Below are positions 25,377 through 32,445 of a stretch of 45,976 nt of DNA, one piece after another (position 1 is the first letter of the stretch; the number at the start of each line of letters is the position of its first letter). Origin of the DNA: a virus. Position numbers and translations under genes: made by a program. Below the pieces are notes generated by a model. It had not been told where the DNA came from and ran no database searches. It worked only from the letters and a program-made list of their open reading frames with translations. The DNA is taken from positions 1 through 45,976 of IMG/VR virus record IMGVR_UViG_3300045988_063015. One strand, written 5' to 3'.

Positions 25377-26456
25377 ATGAGGATTGACAGATCATATATC
25401 AGTAACCAGAACACTTACGCCGAAAACGATCCGCGGTGTATCGTGGTGCATAATACGGATAACTTCGCGGCAGGAGCGAACGCGCTGGCACACGCGAGAG
25501 CGCAGTATAACGGTAACTTTGAGAGCATGTCCGCCCATTATTACACAGATGACGGGGACGTTGCCTACCAGGCTGCGCCGCATAGCCGCGGATGCTGGCA
25601 TGTGGGCGTAAATTATGGTGGTAATAACCTGTTCGGCAGATATGGCAACCGTAGCAGCATCGGCGTGGAGATGTGTGTGCAGAAGGGATACAATTACGAA
25701 AAAGCGTTTCAGAACACGGTTGCCGTGGTCAAAGAGATCATGCGTGAAACCGGTATTCCGGCAAGCCGCGTATATCGCCACTATGATATCTGTAGTAAGC
25801 ACTGCCCGAGTCAGATTATGGAGAGGGGCGACTGGGATCGTTTCAAGCGTCTGATCAGTGGCAGCGCATCGGCTGATACGCCGAAGCAGCCTGAAAAGTC
25901 AAAATACGAGCCAGGAATCTACAAGGTCAATACCGACCTTAATATCAGAGAGCAGCCAAACGCAGACAGCCGTATCGTTGGCATGATCACGGATCAGGGC
26001 AGCTATACGGTAACAGAGATCCAAAACACAAGCTGGGGACGGCTGTTATCCGGTGCGGGCTGGATCAACTGCCATGCTAAGTATTGCACTTATGGCGGTG
26101 CAGCCAAAAAATCAAACGAGAAAGCGATCACGGTTGATGGCATTTGGGGGCATGAGCTGACCAAACGCTTGCAAGAGATTTTTAAGACCGGCGTAGACGG
26201 CGTGATCAGTGATCAGCCGACGAGCAACAAAAAATACTGCGCTGGCATTGCGGCGGCCGAATGGTCTGGCAAGCTGTCCGGAGGCTCCGATCTGATCAAG
26301 GCCATGCAGAGATGGGTTGGAGTGACCGCGGACGGATATATCGGACCGCAGACCATCCGCGCGCTCCAGAAAAAACTCGGCACACCGGTTGACGGCGTGA
26401 TTAGCTACCCGTCAGCGATGGTCAAGACTTTGCAGGAGTGGTGTAATCGGCAGTAA
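25377..26456 (+). CDS. Endolysin: N-acetylmuramoyl-L-alanine amidase (Amidase_2) + SH3 + two PG-binding repeats
   Basis: 359 aa with amidase motifs VVHNTDN, IGVEMC and HYDICSKHCP. An SH3-like segment YKVNTDLNIREQP is followed by VDGIWGHELTKRLQ and ADGYIGPQTIRALQKKLG. Confidence 0.9.
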   Translation: MRIDRSYISNQNTYAENDPRCIVVHNTDNFAAGANALAHARAQYNGNFESMSAHYYTDDGDVAYQAAPHSRGCWHVGVNYGGNNLFGRYGNRSSIGVEMCVQKGYNYEKAFQNTVAVVKEIMRETGIPASRVYRHYDICSKHCPSQIMERGDWDRFKRLISGSASADTPKQPEKSKYEPGIYKVNTDLNIREQPNADSRIVGMITDQGSYTVTEIQNTSWGRLLSGAGWINCHAKYCTYGGAAKKSNEKAITVDGIWGHELTKRLQEIFKTGVDGVISDQPTSNKKYCAGIAAAEWSGKLSGGSDLIKAMQRWVGVTADGYIGPQTIRALQKKLGTPVDGVISYPSAMVKTLQEWCNRQ

Positions 26457-26463
26457 TTAAAAA

Positions 26464-26486
26464 GCCCCGGAAATAATTTCCGGGGC
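26464..26486. other. GC-rich hairpin downstream of the endolysin
   Basis: GCCCCGGAAA-taa-TTTCCGGGGC. It is flanked by A-runs on the + strand, so a U-tract exists only on the - strand. Confidence 0.4.
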
Positions 26487-26600
26487 AAAAAGAAACGCCG
26501 CAGCTACGCGGCGAAAAGAATAATTCTTTTTTCTGGCCTTTTACATATGACCATCACTATAGTAACACGTACAAAATCAGAACGCAACAAAAAAATGACA

Positions 26601-26632
26601 AAAGGCGTGGGGATTTTCCTACGCCTTTTTTT
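26601..26632 (+). terminator. Rho-independent terminator (probable end of the late operon)
   Basis: AAAGGCGT / ACGCCTTT stem with a 12-nt loop, followed by a T-run. Confidence 0.65.
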
Positions 26633-26651
26633 ATTGCAAAAAAAATAAAAA

Positions 26652-26688
26652 TATTGCGCAATATGCATTGACATATTACGCAATATGT
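26652..26688 (+). promoter_or_regulatory. Two 15-bp direct repeats bracketing the -35 box (operator-like)
   Basis: TATTGCGCAATATGC (26652..26666) and TATTACGCAATATGT (26674..26688) match at 13/15 and are offset by 22 bp. Confidence 0.45.
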
Positions 26689-26696
26689 GCTATATT
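26668..26696 (+). promoter_or_regulatory. Sigma-A-type promoter of the moron cassette
   Basis: TTGACA, a 17-nt spacer, then TATATT. Confidence 0.7.
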
Positions 26697-26741
26697 ATAA
26701 TCAGCAACAGGGAGATAACCAAAGACAAGGAGGACAACAAA

Positions 26742-27041
26742 ATGAAATACGATAAGAAAAACATCATGAGAAATGCATGGGCTATCAAAAGAGCAGACAA
26801 AGTCAGCATGAGCGTAGCACTTAAAGCAGCCTGGAACATCGAAAAAGCCATGATGGAAGCAGAAGAAGAAGGCAAAGTATCAGGCTGGAATTACAAAGTT
26901 CTGGCAAACGACTGGATTAAATACGGAAAAAGCAGAACTTACATTTCCGCAAGAATTTATACAAACGCGTGGAATGCGAAAAGAGAAGTAAAGGTTGGAT
27001 TTATTGACCACTTTACAGGAGAACTTCACAGAGCAGCGTAA
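26742..27041 (+). CDS. Hypothetical protein (moron cassette gene 1)
   Basis: 99 aa with RBS AAGGAGGA. Confidence 0.6.
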   Translation: MKYDKKNIMRNAWAIKRADKVSMSVALKAAWNIEKAMMEAEEEGKVSGWNYKVLANDWIKYGKSRTYISARIYTNAWNAKREVKVGFIDHFTGELHRAA

Positions 27042-27074
27042 AAAATCGAGCATCGTAAAAAAGGAGACGAAGTC

Positions 27075-27407
27075 ATGAGCAAAGAAAAATTATACAAAGA
27101 ATCTAAAGAATTTATAATCTATTGTAATTATGGAGTACTTGGCGCAGAAAAAAGAACTGTATTTACTTATGGAGCAACAGCAGAAACTTGTTGCTATGAA
27201 AAAATTATGGTGAGATTGCCAGAGAACGACTGTTTCGAGATATACGAGACAGTAACGGGGGAACTGGCAGTAGAAGCAGCATGGGGATATCAGTACGATA
27301 TCAACGACGTGTTGCAAGGAGACGAGAAGCCGTGTTTATTTGCAAAGGACACCGAAGGCAAAGGACACCGAGTATACCTCGATATCCTCGAGCAGGGAGA
27401 AGAATAG
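27075..27407 (+). CDS. Hypothetical protein (moron cassette gene 2)
   Basis: 110 aa with RBS AAAGGAGA. Confidence 0.6.
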   Translation: MSKEKLYKESKEFIIYCNYGVLGAEKRTVFTYGATAETCCYEKIMVRLPENDCFEIYETVTGELAVEAAWGYQYDINDVLQGDEKPCLFAKDTEGKGHRVYLDILEQGEE

Positions 27408-27439
27408 TCAACCATATAAAACAGAAAGGTGGTAGCAAG

Positions 27440-27823
27440 ATGGAAGATCGAAGCAAGTATTTTACAGCATACTTCAACGCATGGAACGGAAGAATGTGTG
27501 AGGCGAGCTGGTGCATTTCCGTAAGCAAAGAACACGGGAAAGTGTTTACAATCGAATTTGCGAACGAATTAATAGAAATGGCGAATGAAAAGTATAAAAA
27601 AATATTTGGAAAAGAGGTTGACTTTAACGAGGTGGAATATGATATGACAGATTACTACGAGAATAGTGATGGACTCATAAGACACACCGGAGAAAAGAAA
27701 ACAGGAAGATATTTCAAGAGAAAAAACATTTTAAGAATTTATATTGATGACATGCCGATATACGAAAACTATAACGGAAAAATTTGCAGAGACGCTGCGG
27801 CGCTTGCGGACTCTTTGATGTAA
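27440..27823 (+). CDS. Hypothetical protein (moron cassette gene 3)
   Basis: 127 aa with RBS AAAGGTGG and an internal ATG of ORF-track 27281..27823. Confidence 0.55.
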   Translation: MEDRSKYFTAYFNAWNGRMCEASWCISVSKEHGKVFTIEFANELIEMANEKYKKIFGKEVDFNEVEYDMTDYYENSDGLIRHTGEKKTGRYFKRKNILRIYIDDMPIYENYNGKICRDAAALADSLM

Positions 27824-27834
27824 AGGCGGCAATT

Positions 27835-28446
27835 ATGAGCGGAACAAAAGAATTTAATCAAATCGAATATATTAACAACTATATAAAGAAAAAATACGAT
27901 CGAATAAACTTGGTAGTACCGGCGGGAAACAAACAAGTTATTAAAATCAGGGCAGCGCAAAAAGGGAAAAGCGTCAATCAATATATAAATGATCTGATTG
28001 ACGAGGACTTAAAAAATAGTAAAGAGAAAAAAGGAGATAAAAAAATGAAAAAATTTGAAATCGTAAAAACAACAGCAGAAATCAGCTGGAAAGAAAGGGA
28101 TGAAATCAAGGAAGGATGCACGATGTACGATGTGGATCCGGAAAAAATTGCTTCATTTAGAACCAAAGAGGAAGCCGAAAAGGAATTGAAAAAATACAAA
28201 ACGGATGTTTGCGCATCCGGAAGCCTCTTCACGGTCGAAGAGTTTTCGATCCAGGAAAACGAATATGACGAAGACGGCGAGTGGATCGGAGGCGGAGATA
28301 TTTGGAAGTTTACTCCAATGGAAATTTTCGTGGTCGACAAAGAAACGCGGAAAACGATCGCAAAAGCCGAAACTTACGAAGAGGCGGAGGAGGCCGCAGA
28401 AGAGTATGAGGGCGATGCAGGCGCCGATATAGCGTTTTGCGAATAA
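27835..28446 (+). CDS. Ribbon-helix-helix-like N-domain fused in frame to a very acidic C-domain (internal start possible at 28045)
   Basis: The N-terminal segment is MSGTKEFNQIEYINNYIKKKYDRINLVVPAGNKQVIKIRAAQKGKSVNQYINDLIDEDL. A strong AAGGAG RBS sits 8 nt before the in-frame ATG at 28045, and the tail is Glu/Asp-rich. Confidence 0.55.
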   Translation: MSGTKEFNQIEYINNYIKKKYDRINLVVPAGNKQVIKIRAAQKGKSVNQYINDLIDEDLKNSKEKKGDKKMKKFEIVKTTAEISWKERDEIKEGCTMYDVDPEKIASFRTKEEAEKELKKYKTDVCASGSLFTVEEFSIQENEYDEDGEWIGGGDIWKFTPMEIFVVDKETRKTIAKAETYEEAEEAAEEYEGDAGADIAFCE

Positions 28447-28452
28447 AAAAAG

Positions 28453-28481
28453 AGTCGTGTCAAAATGGCACGACTTTTTTT
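28453..28481 (+). terminator. Rho-independent terminator of the moron cassette
   Basis: AGTCGTG / CACGACT stem followed by T6-7. Confidence 0.8.
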
Positions 28482-28513
28482 GTTTGACACACTGGCCTCT
28501 GTGTGTTAATATC

Positions 28514-28535
28514 AAATGTGTCATTTTTGTGTCAC
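28514..28535 (+). repeat. 22-bp direct repeat, copy 1 (putative integrase arm-type site)
   Basis: AAATGTGTCATTTTTGTGTCAC matches 28750..28771 at 21/22. Confidence 0.6.
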
Positions 28536-28585
28536 TGAAAAACGCGAAAATGGCGTATTTGCGGGCAGAATAAGAGGTATGGATA

Positions 28586-28632
28586 CTTGACTTTTAATCA
28601 AGTTGTCCGGGGTTCGAATCCCCGATGCTTCA
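28586..28632 (+). other. attP core: 3' two-thirds of a tRNA-Lys(UUU) (anticodon arm, variable loop, T-arm, 3' acceptor strand)
   Basis: CTTGA-CTTTTAA-TCAAG (anticodon TTT), then TTGTC, CGGGG-TTCGAAT-CCCCG, and ATGCTTC-A. No matching 5' acceptor strand or D-arm lies upstream, and the site is adjacent to the integrase. Confidence 0.7.
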
Positions 28633-28643
28633 CTAAATGAAAA

Positions 28644-28684
28644 GGCTGGAAACCATAGTAAAATCAAGGGTTTTCAGCCTTTTT
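28644..28684 (+). terminator. Terminator following the tRNA fragment
   Basis: GGCTGGAAACC / GGTTTTCAGCC stem (one G-U pair) followed by T5. Confidence 0.6.
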
Positions 28685-28711
28685 GTGTTGTCAGAATGAA
28701 ATTCTCAAAAA

Positions 28712-28760
28712 ATCAATGTAAGGGATTGTAGGGGAATGTAAAGGAATGTAAATGTGTCAT
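28712..28760 (+). repeat. Tandem ~10-bp repeats (GGAATGTA-like, four copies)
   Basis: caatgtaa gggattgta ggggaatgta aaggaatgta aatgtgt, with roughly 10-bp phasing, between attP and the int 3' end. Confidence 0.5.
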
Positions 28761-28771
28761 TTTCGTGTCAC
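28750..28771 (+). repeat. 22-bp direct repeat, copy 2
   Basis: AAATGTGTCATTTTCGTGTCAC, overlapping the int stop codon. Confidence 0.6.
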
Positions 28772-29874
28772 ATGGAAAGAGCTGCTTCTACCGCTCCGGC
28801 GGTGTCCTCTTTTTCCAGCATAATATGATTGTAAATCCTCAAAACCATTGCTTCGTCATCCCCCAGGAGCGACGCGATGTTCTTGATCGAGATGCGCGGG
28901 ATCTGGTAGCAGAGCGACGTGCAGTAGTTGTGCCGGAAGATATGGGCTGTGAGTCCGCATACGGGCTTTTCAGCGACTCTATTCATTTCCTTGATGATTC
29001 TTTCCCACTTCCGGCGGTAAGAGGATTTAGATACCATTTTGCCGCCCTGCATGGAAAACAGAAGCGTTCCCTTGATACAGAACCGCACGTAGCTTTCCAG
29101 CGACGTATAGAGCTGCTGCGGAATTGGAACCTGCCGGAATCCGTTCTTCGATTTCGGTTCTTTGATGCTCGGCTTTCCGGCATCATCGAACTCGATTGAT
29201 TTATTCACGTTGATGACCTTTTCGGAAAAATCAATATCAAACCGTGTGAGAGCAAGAACTTCTCCACATCGTAGCCCCGTGCAGTATAAGATATCCACAA
29301 AAATCCGATCAGATGGGGATAACTCTGCTTTCACCATGGCGTTTTTTTCGTTTTCGGTTAACGGTCGTTTCTCATCCGCCTTGTAGTCGATCGGCTTCAT
29401 CACGTCCTTGAGATCCTCCAGCAGGTTGGCGGGATATAATCGGTCATGCACCGCGGCCTTCATGATCTGCGAGAATGTAAGCTGTATCTGCTGCTGGATG
29501 CGTTTCTTTCCGGCCGCGTCGTTAAGGACTGTCTGGTAGTGGATCGGCAGGACATCGCAGAGCCGCACGCCGTCCATCTGTCGCAGATGCTTTTCAATGA
29601 TATTTTGGTACATCCTCTTCGTGTTGTTCGTTGCTTCGGCTTTGTAGGCTGTCAGCCACCGCCCGGCGTAGTCCAGAAACAGGATGTTTTTATCTCGGAC
29701 GGCTTCAAGGTTCTTAATTTTGTCGTTGTAGGCTGCCACCTTTGCTTCCAGATCCTTACTGCTTTTCTTCGACCGGATCGTAATATAGTGCTTTTTCCCA
29801 TCAACATAACTTCCATCCCACACACGGGCTTGAAAATACCCGTTCTTTTGCTTTGTATACTTCGCCTTTGCCAT
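28768..29874 (-). CDS. int: Tyrosine recombinase / phage integrase
   Basis: 368 aa with an N-terminal SAM-like domain. Catalytic-region motifs are TGLRCGEVLAL, AHIFRHNYCT and LRIYNHIM. Confidence 0.92.
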   Translation of the reverse strand: MAKAKYTKQKNGYFQARVWDGSYVDGKKHYITIRSKKSSKDLEAKVAAYNDKIKNLEAVRDKNILFLDYAGRWLTAYKAEATNNTKRMYQNIIEKHLRQMDGVRLCDVLPIHYQTVLNDAAGKKRIQQQIQLTFSQIMKAAVHDRLYPANLLEDLKDVMKPIDYKADEKRPLTENEKNAMVKAELSPSDRIFVDILYCTGLRCGEVLALTRFDIDFSEKVINVNKSIEFDDAGKPSIKEPKSKNGFRQVPIPQQLYTSLESYVRFCIKGTLLFSMQGGKMVSKSSYRRKWERIIKEMNRVAEKPVCGLTAHIFRHNYCTSLCYQIPRISIKNIASLLGDDEAMVLRIYNHIMLEKEDTAGAVEAALSM

Positions 29875-30075
29875 CTATAGGCTCCTTTCGTTTAGTGGCT
29901 GGAAAAGCCACAGAGACGGCGCAAAATGGGTGCAAAAAAGCGGCCGCAAACAGACGGAAAAAAATAGTCGAAAAAAATCGAAAATTTTCCCATTCCACTT
30001 GCGAAGCCGCCGGAAGTGTGATAACATAATCATGTTCATTAGATTATTCCTTCCGGGGAGTAACCTCTTATGAAA

Positions 30076-30108
30076 GGCCTAACAGATTGCGCCACAGTCT
30101 GTTAGGCC
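30076..30108. terminator. Hairpin terminator between the TM2 gene and int (better U-tract on the + strand)
   Basis: GGCCTAACAGA / TCTGTTAGGCC 11-bp stem, followed by ATTTTTT on the + strand and TTTCAT on the - strand. Confidence 0.5.
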
Positions 30109-30120
30109 ATTTTTTATTAT

Positions 30121-30510
30121 CTATACATAATACGGATTCGGTTTTCCAAGAATCGAAAACAGGTCGATAATCCAGCCTATTCCGAAAAGACCCATAGTAC
30201 AGAGGTACAGGATACCCATTCCGAATTTTCCTTCGTAAAATTTGTGTCCGCATAAAGTAAAAAGACACAGGAAGAAAGCAACCCATTTATTCTTTGGTTT
30301 TCCTGTGACGTATACTCTTTGGCTTGCACTCGCCGCCGCAGCTGCTGATGAAGAAGCAGAAGAGGATGCGCTGCTACTGTTGTTGTTATTGATAATAACG
30401 CTCTGTTGATCTGTTTTAAGATCCTCAACCTGCTTTCCACACTTCGGACACACGACACAATCCGCGTCAATAATCTGTCCGCAATGTTTGCAATATTTTG
30501 TCTCTGCCAT
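30121..30510 (-). CDS. Zinc-ribbon + TM2-domain membrane protein
   Basis: 129 aa with CKHCG...CPKCG and a Ser/Ala low-complexity linker. The TM2-like segment is GHKFYEGKFGMGILYLCTMGLFGIGWIIDL. Confidence 0.75.
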   Translation of the reverse strand: MAETKYCKHCGQIIDADCVVCPKCGKQVEDLKTDQQSVIINNNNSSSASSSASSSAAAAASASQRVYVTGKPKNKWVAFFLCLFTLCGHKFYEGKFGMGILYLCTMGLFGIGWIIDLFSILGKPNPYYV

Positions 30511-30521
30511 ATTGACTCCCC

Positions 30522-31256
30522 CTATCTGCGCAGAACCGTGATAACCACGCCAAATTTAACCCATTCCCTCATCTCGTCCGGGTTGTTGGTATCTATGGTT
30601 ATGATATCCCCATACCCGTTTATCGGCTCCATTCTGCACGGTTCCGACTGGATAAATTTACGGATGTACGCCCGCCCGTTCTTTTTATTGACCAGGACGC
30701 ATGTATCACCGTCCCTGGGCGGCCGCTTCGAGATTCCGATGATGTCACCCTTGATATATACGGGATGTAAGTGGTTCGATGTTATCCGGATGCCACAGTG
30801 CAGCCGCTCTCCGTATTTCTTGATATATTCCGAGCAATACACATGCTCTTCATGTGCGGAATCCAGAACCATCCCATCTTCCATGTTTCCTGTCAGAAGC
30901 AGGACATCCAACATGTTCGCAGGGTCTTCCTCTTTGGCTTTCATCTCAAGCTCGAATTCTATTTTGGCGGTTATGTAGGCTTTCTGCCGATCTGTTAATT
31001 TGCGGAATTTGTTCAGCACTTCAATCTCGATACTGCGTTGCCCGAACATCTCGTATAAGAATCTTCCTGTCAGCTCATAGAGTTTCGGCGCAAGCATGAT
31101 ACTGAACGTGTCCACGCGGCGGGAAATGATGTTCCGGTAAGAAGATGCCGAAATTCCCAGCTTTTTCGCGAATTCACATTGAGTATACCCGAGCTTTATG
31201 CGCTCTTTTTCCAGATTTTCCGCAAACGTGTCTAACATCTCTTTCTTTGTAGTCAC
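30522..31256 (-). CDS. CI-like repressor: XRE HTH + S24 (LexA-like) C-terminal domain
   Basis: HTH segment LGYTQCEFAKKLGISASSYRNI and an S24-like C-terminus (IKGDIIGISK...DGDTCVLV...AYIRKF). A GTG start at 31256 lies 7 nt after AGGGGGA; the ORF-track start at 31316 is less likely. Confidence 0.8.
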   Translation of the reverse strand: MTTKKEMLDTFAENLEKERIKLGYTQCEFAKKLGISASSYRNIISRRVDTFSIMLAPKLYELTGRFLYEMFGQRSIEIEVLNKFRKLTDRQKAYITAKIEFELEMKAKEEDPANMLDVLLLTGNMEDGMVLDSAHEEHVYCSEYIKKYGERLHCGIRITSNHLHPVYIKGDIIGISKRPPRDGDTCVLVNKKNGRAYIRKFIQSEPCRMEPINGYGDIITIDTNNPDEMREWVKFGVVITVLRR

Positions 31257-31384
31257 CTTAAATTCCCCCTTTGTATCAAGATTCTGACGAAAATTATCAA
31301 GCAAAAGAGCAAGCACACATGAAATTACGTCAACATCTTGTGCGGTATCCGGTGTAATATAAGTATAAAGATGTTATACAGAAA

Positions 31385-31412
31385 ATTTTATCATATTTTT
31401 AAAAACTGTCAA
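31385..31412 (-). promoter_or_regulatory. Candidate promoter for the repressor operon
   Basis: On the - strand: TTGACA, a 16-nt spacer, then TAAAAT. Confidence 0.5.
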
Positions 31413-31482
31413 TAAGGGGGGAGAAAAAAGTTGAAAAATTAGAGATTCTGTATATCGAAATAGGCAGATACGTGGCGCACGG

Positions 31483-31511
31483 TTGATATTTTCGAACGAA
31501 TGTTCTATAAT
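31483..31511 (+). promoter_or_regulatory. Near-consensus promoter facing the 44-aa ORF
   Basis: TTGATA, a 17-nt spacer, then TATAAT. Confidence 0.65.
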
Positions 31512-31557
31512 CGTGGTATCACTATTTTGATTGGCACTGTCAGGGAGGTACATAATC

Positions 31558-31692
31558 ATGAGAGATGAACAACCGGAAGATAAAAAGAAAGAAATAAAAC
31601 GGATGATTGAGCAAATAGAAAGTGAAAAGATGATTGAACTTATCTATTGGTTCGTCAGAAGAGGATACAAAGAAGAAAGAGCGGGGGAGTGA
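31558..31692 (+). CDS. 44-aa highly charged small protein
   Basis: MRDEQPEDKKKEIKRMIEQIESEKMIELIYWFVRRGYKEERAGE. GGGAGG lies 9 nt upstream, and the ORF sits between a consensus promoter and a terminator. Confidence 0.5.
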   Translation: MRDEQPEDKKKEIKRMIEQIESEKMIELIYWFVRRGYKEERAGE

Positions 31693-31706
31693 TCCCCGCT
31701 CTTTTT
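31678..31706. terminator. Bidirectional terminator between convergent genes
   Basis: AGAGCGGGG / CCCCGCTCT stem, with T5 downstream on the + strand and a T-rich run on the - strand. Confidence 0.75.
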
Positions 31707-31709
31707 GTG

Positions 31710-32120
31710 TCACATAACGAATTTTTCAAAAAAATCACAAAGCAAATCTTTTTTCTCTGGGCTTAGCTTGTCGTAATAAAGAACGATTCTTTTAAATCTG
31801 CTATCGTTAAGTCCTATTTTCATTGCCACATCGGCGTATTCAGCATCAATTTCTTTTTCTTCCTTAAGGTCTGTAAGATCAGTCATTCCTATTCTGAAAT
31901 AATCAGCCAACGCTCGTATTTTTCCAGTACCAGGCATTGCTTTTCCTGTACACCACATATTAAATGTTGTTACGTTTACTCCAAGGTCTTTAGCAACATC
32001 TTTCTGCATTTTTTGAGACAAGGCAATGTAACGATTGAGATTTTTCGCAAAAATTTGTTTCTGCTCTTCATCTGTCAACGGGTTCTCACCTCCTTCCTCT
32101 ATAGAATACATCACTTTCAT
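31710..32120 (-). CDS. Second XRE-family HTH regulator
   Basis: HTH segment QKMQKDVAKDLGVNVTTFNMWCTGKAMP. The start is ambiguous: ATG at 32120 or 32111, or TTG at 32078 after GGAGGTGA. Confidence 0.75.
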   Translation of the reverse strand: MKVMYSIEEGGENPLTDEEQKQIFAKNLNRYIALSQKMQKDVAKDLGVNVTTFNMWCTGKAMPGTGKIRALADYFRIGMTDLTDLKEEKEIDAEYADVAMKIGLNDSRFKRIVLYYDKLSPEKKDLLCDFFEKFVM

Positions 32121-32135
32121 AAAAAATTCAACACC

Positions 32136-32185
32136 AAATCCAATTATTTTGGATTTTGGTGTTGACAATCCAAACAAATTGGATT
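32136..32185. promoter_or_regulatory. Two palindromic operators AATCCAA-N5-TTGGATT
   Basis: AAATCCAAttattTTGGATTT (32136..32156) and AATCCAAacaaaTTGGATT (32167..32185). The second fills the promoter spacer. Confidence 0.6.
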
Positions 32186-32190
32186 ATGAT
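32162..32190 (+). promoter_or_regulatory. Early rightward promoter (cro side)
   Basis: TTGACA, a 17-nt spacer, then TATGAT. Confidence 0.7.
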
Positions 32191-32221
32191 ATAACCAACA
32201 AGACAGGAAGGAGGAAAATAT

Positions 32222-32425
32222 ATGCCGAAGATTTCACTTGAGGCGGTTCGCGTTAATGCACGCTATACCCAGAAAGCTTGGGCAAAAGAGTTTGGTGTTT
32301 CCAATTCTACAGTTCTTAATTGGGAGAAAGGAAAAACAGAACCTACTCTTTCTCAGCTTAGAAAAATGAGTGAATTATCTGGTATTCCGATGGATTTTAT
32401 TTTTGTACCAGATAAATCCAATTAA
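32222..32425 (+). CDS. Cro-like XRE HTH protein
   Basis: 67 aa with YTQKAWAKEFGVSNSTVLNWEKGK and RBS AGGAAGGAGGA. Confidence 0.8.
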   Translation: MPKISLEAVRVNARYTQKAWAKEFGVSNSTVLNWEKGKTEPTLSQLRKMSELSGIPMDFIFVPDKSN

Positions 32426-32445
32426 ATTGAATTGGAGGAGCAAAT

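Noticed and set aside
26464-26486. Canonical + strand terminator for the endolysin gene
   Set aside because: The strong 10-bp hairpin is followed by A-rich sequence, not T-rich sequence, on the + strand. The canonical terminator at 26601..26632 is the better candidate for the operon end.
28561-28632. Possible intact tRNA-Lys gene
   Set aside because: Only the anticodon arm, variable loop, T-arm and 3' acceptor strand are present. The upstream sequence (gcgggcagaataagaggtatggata) cannot form the 5' acceptor strand (GAAGCAT is needed) or a D-arm. It was interpreted as the attP core.
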